From Mobula hypostoma (taxonomy: Eukaryota): a DNA stretch of 64,000 bases. The stretch lies in NCBI RefSeq assembly GCF_963921235.1, contig NC_086101.1:8558001-8622000 (forward strand), written 5' to 3'. Numbering within the stretch: position 1 is the first letter of the stretch; every line of letters starts with the position of its first letter. The translations under genes and the position numbers were made by a program. Below, one piece after another: positions 62,453 to 64,000 of this stretch. The notes beneath the pieces were generated by a model, which was not told where the DNA came from, searched no databases, and saw only the letters and a list, made by a program, of their open reading frames with translations.

Positions 62453-62731
62453 GAAAGAATTGCTCTATGAGGAAAGGCTAGACTATCTCAGTGTCAGGAG
62501 ATAGGACAGATGCCCTGTGATGAGTAGTATTAAAACCTAGAGAATAATTTTGACCCAACATCCCAAGCCGGAATCACGGGAGTTATTGGGTTAGATTTCC
62601 AGTTTGCCTGAACCACTCCTTGCCTCTGCTAGCCTGCAGGTCACTTTTGGGCAAGGTGCACCACCTGCTTAGCTGCCCCCCACCCCCCCCCAACCCCGGG
62701 ATCAGCATCATGTGAAGCTATGGGAGCAGAT

Positions 62732-62825
62732 CGCACGCACAACATGCTGGAGGAACTCAGCAGGTCGGGCAGCATCTGTGGAGACGAACAGTCAACGTTT
62801 CAGGCCAAGACCCTTCGTCAGGATG
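62732..62825 (-). mobile_element. Short PLE pseudo-LTR fragment with hammerhead core
   Basis: CUGACGA AGGGUCUUGGCCU GAAAC GUU GACU; helix I partly lost. Confidence 0.7.
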
Positions 62826-64000
62826 GTGCCTATCACAAGCCCTGGTTATGCAACCACTGATGTCAGACAATCTCTGAAGAGTATCGGTAATGGCTGACGT
62901 CACTTTCCTGGTAAAGAACTGCCCAGAAGGCAATGGCAAAGCACTTCTGTAGAAAAAATTGCCAAGAACAATCATTGTCATGAGACCATGATCGCCCATG
63001 TTATGCAACATGATACATCATAATGATGTTGATCCCGCCTTACTTTTCCCTCATGCTGACAGTAAAATTGGGTGGAATGGTAAAAACAAAGCAACTATGG
63101 TCCTGTCCAGTTCCCCATGGCCAACTGGAGTCAGCTTGGGTTCGTCTTCTTGGCTTGACCACCATGAGCTTGAGGTAGGAAGCAGAGTCTGTAGTGTTCT
63201 GTTGCTCAGACAGGTTTAGATTTGTGCAAGTCAATCCCAGAACCTAATTGTTGAAGGGAAATCACTCTTTTCACTGCCTTGTGTAATTTTTGAATAATTT
63301 ATGTTCTGTGCTGTCATCAGAATCAGGTTTATTCTCAATGAGATATAATATCATGATATCAAAATGCAAATGTGTATATTTAAAATATGTAAATTATAAT
63401 TCAATTATGTGAATATATAAATACAAAAAATGTATTAATTAGTGCAAAGAGAGCATAAAGTGAAGAGGGGCTGATGGTCTGTTCAGAAATCTGGTGGTGG
63501 AGGGGAAGTAGCTGTTCCTGAAATACGGAGTGTGTGCCTTCAGGCTCCTGTACCTCCTCCACCCTGATCGTGGAAATGAATCTTCCTGTGATGCTGCAAG
63601 TAAGTTTTACCCTGTACCAGACCCTTCTTCATTCTGTGTGCATGACAACAAACTCAACTTGATTTGAAGCTTCTCTGTTGAACTGATAAAGGAGAAAAGA
63701 CCAGGCAGTAGGGCCTGGGTAAGCAGGGACTCAAGCCAACTTTGTGTTTAACACTGTTCAGCAGGACATCCCCTTTTCTACCCCTACTGAACTTCCCCAC
63801 CCCCTCCAACCCTCAGAACAGAGAATCTGCCTCTGCATCACTTACTGGCTGGTGAACTTTGTTCCCTCGAGAACCTGGAGTCGGACTACAGGACTGGGCT
63901 TCTGTTGACAGAGGGTCAGCTATGAGCAGTAGCTAAGCCACGTCCCACCACGTCCCGGCACAAATCAGACCACCCGCAGCAAAGCCCCATCCCCTCCTCT

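Overview
Eukaryotic, repeat-dominated DNA. The mix of CR1/HER1-type LINEs, V-SINE/HE1-type SINEs, Rex/Babar and Penelope points to a cartilaginous fish, probably a ray (inference). Most of the window is fragmented retroelements: CR1, Rex1/Babar, L2, L1, RTE, Penelope-like elements (PLE), a solo LTR and SINEs. Nearly all ORFs in the track are retroelement fragments or noise. I recognised no host gene; a few splice-compatible unique segments (16783-17074, 33924-34096) are low-confidence exon candidates. Main observations: (1) a PLE family whose pseudo-LTR carries a minimal hammerhead ribozyme, in >10 copies including short fold-back non-coding derivatives; (2) a four-level nested insertion at 21085-29760, resolved largely by target-site duplications (TSDs); (3) several non-autonomous elements, including an RTE-tailed one; (4) unique islands with NF-kB/ETS/RUNX/AP-1/STAT/RFX motif clusters. 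There is no evidence of a prokaryotic system or CRISPR array. All calls were made by eye, and repeat boundaries without TSDs are approximate.
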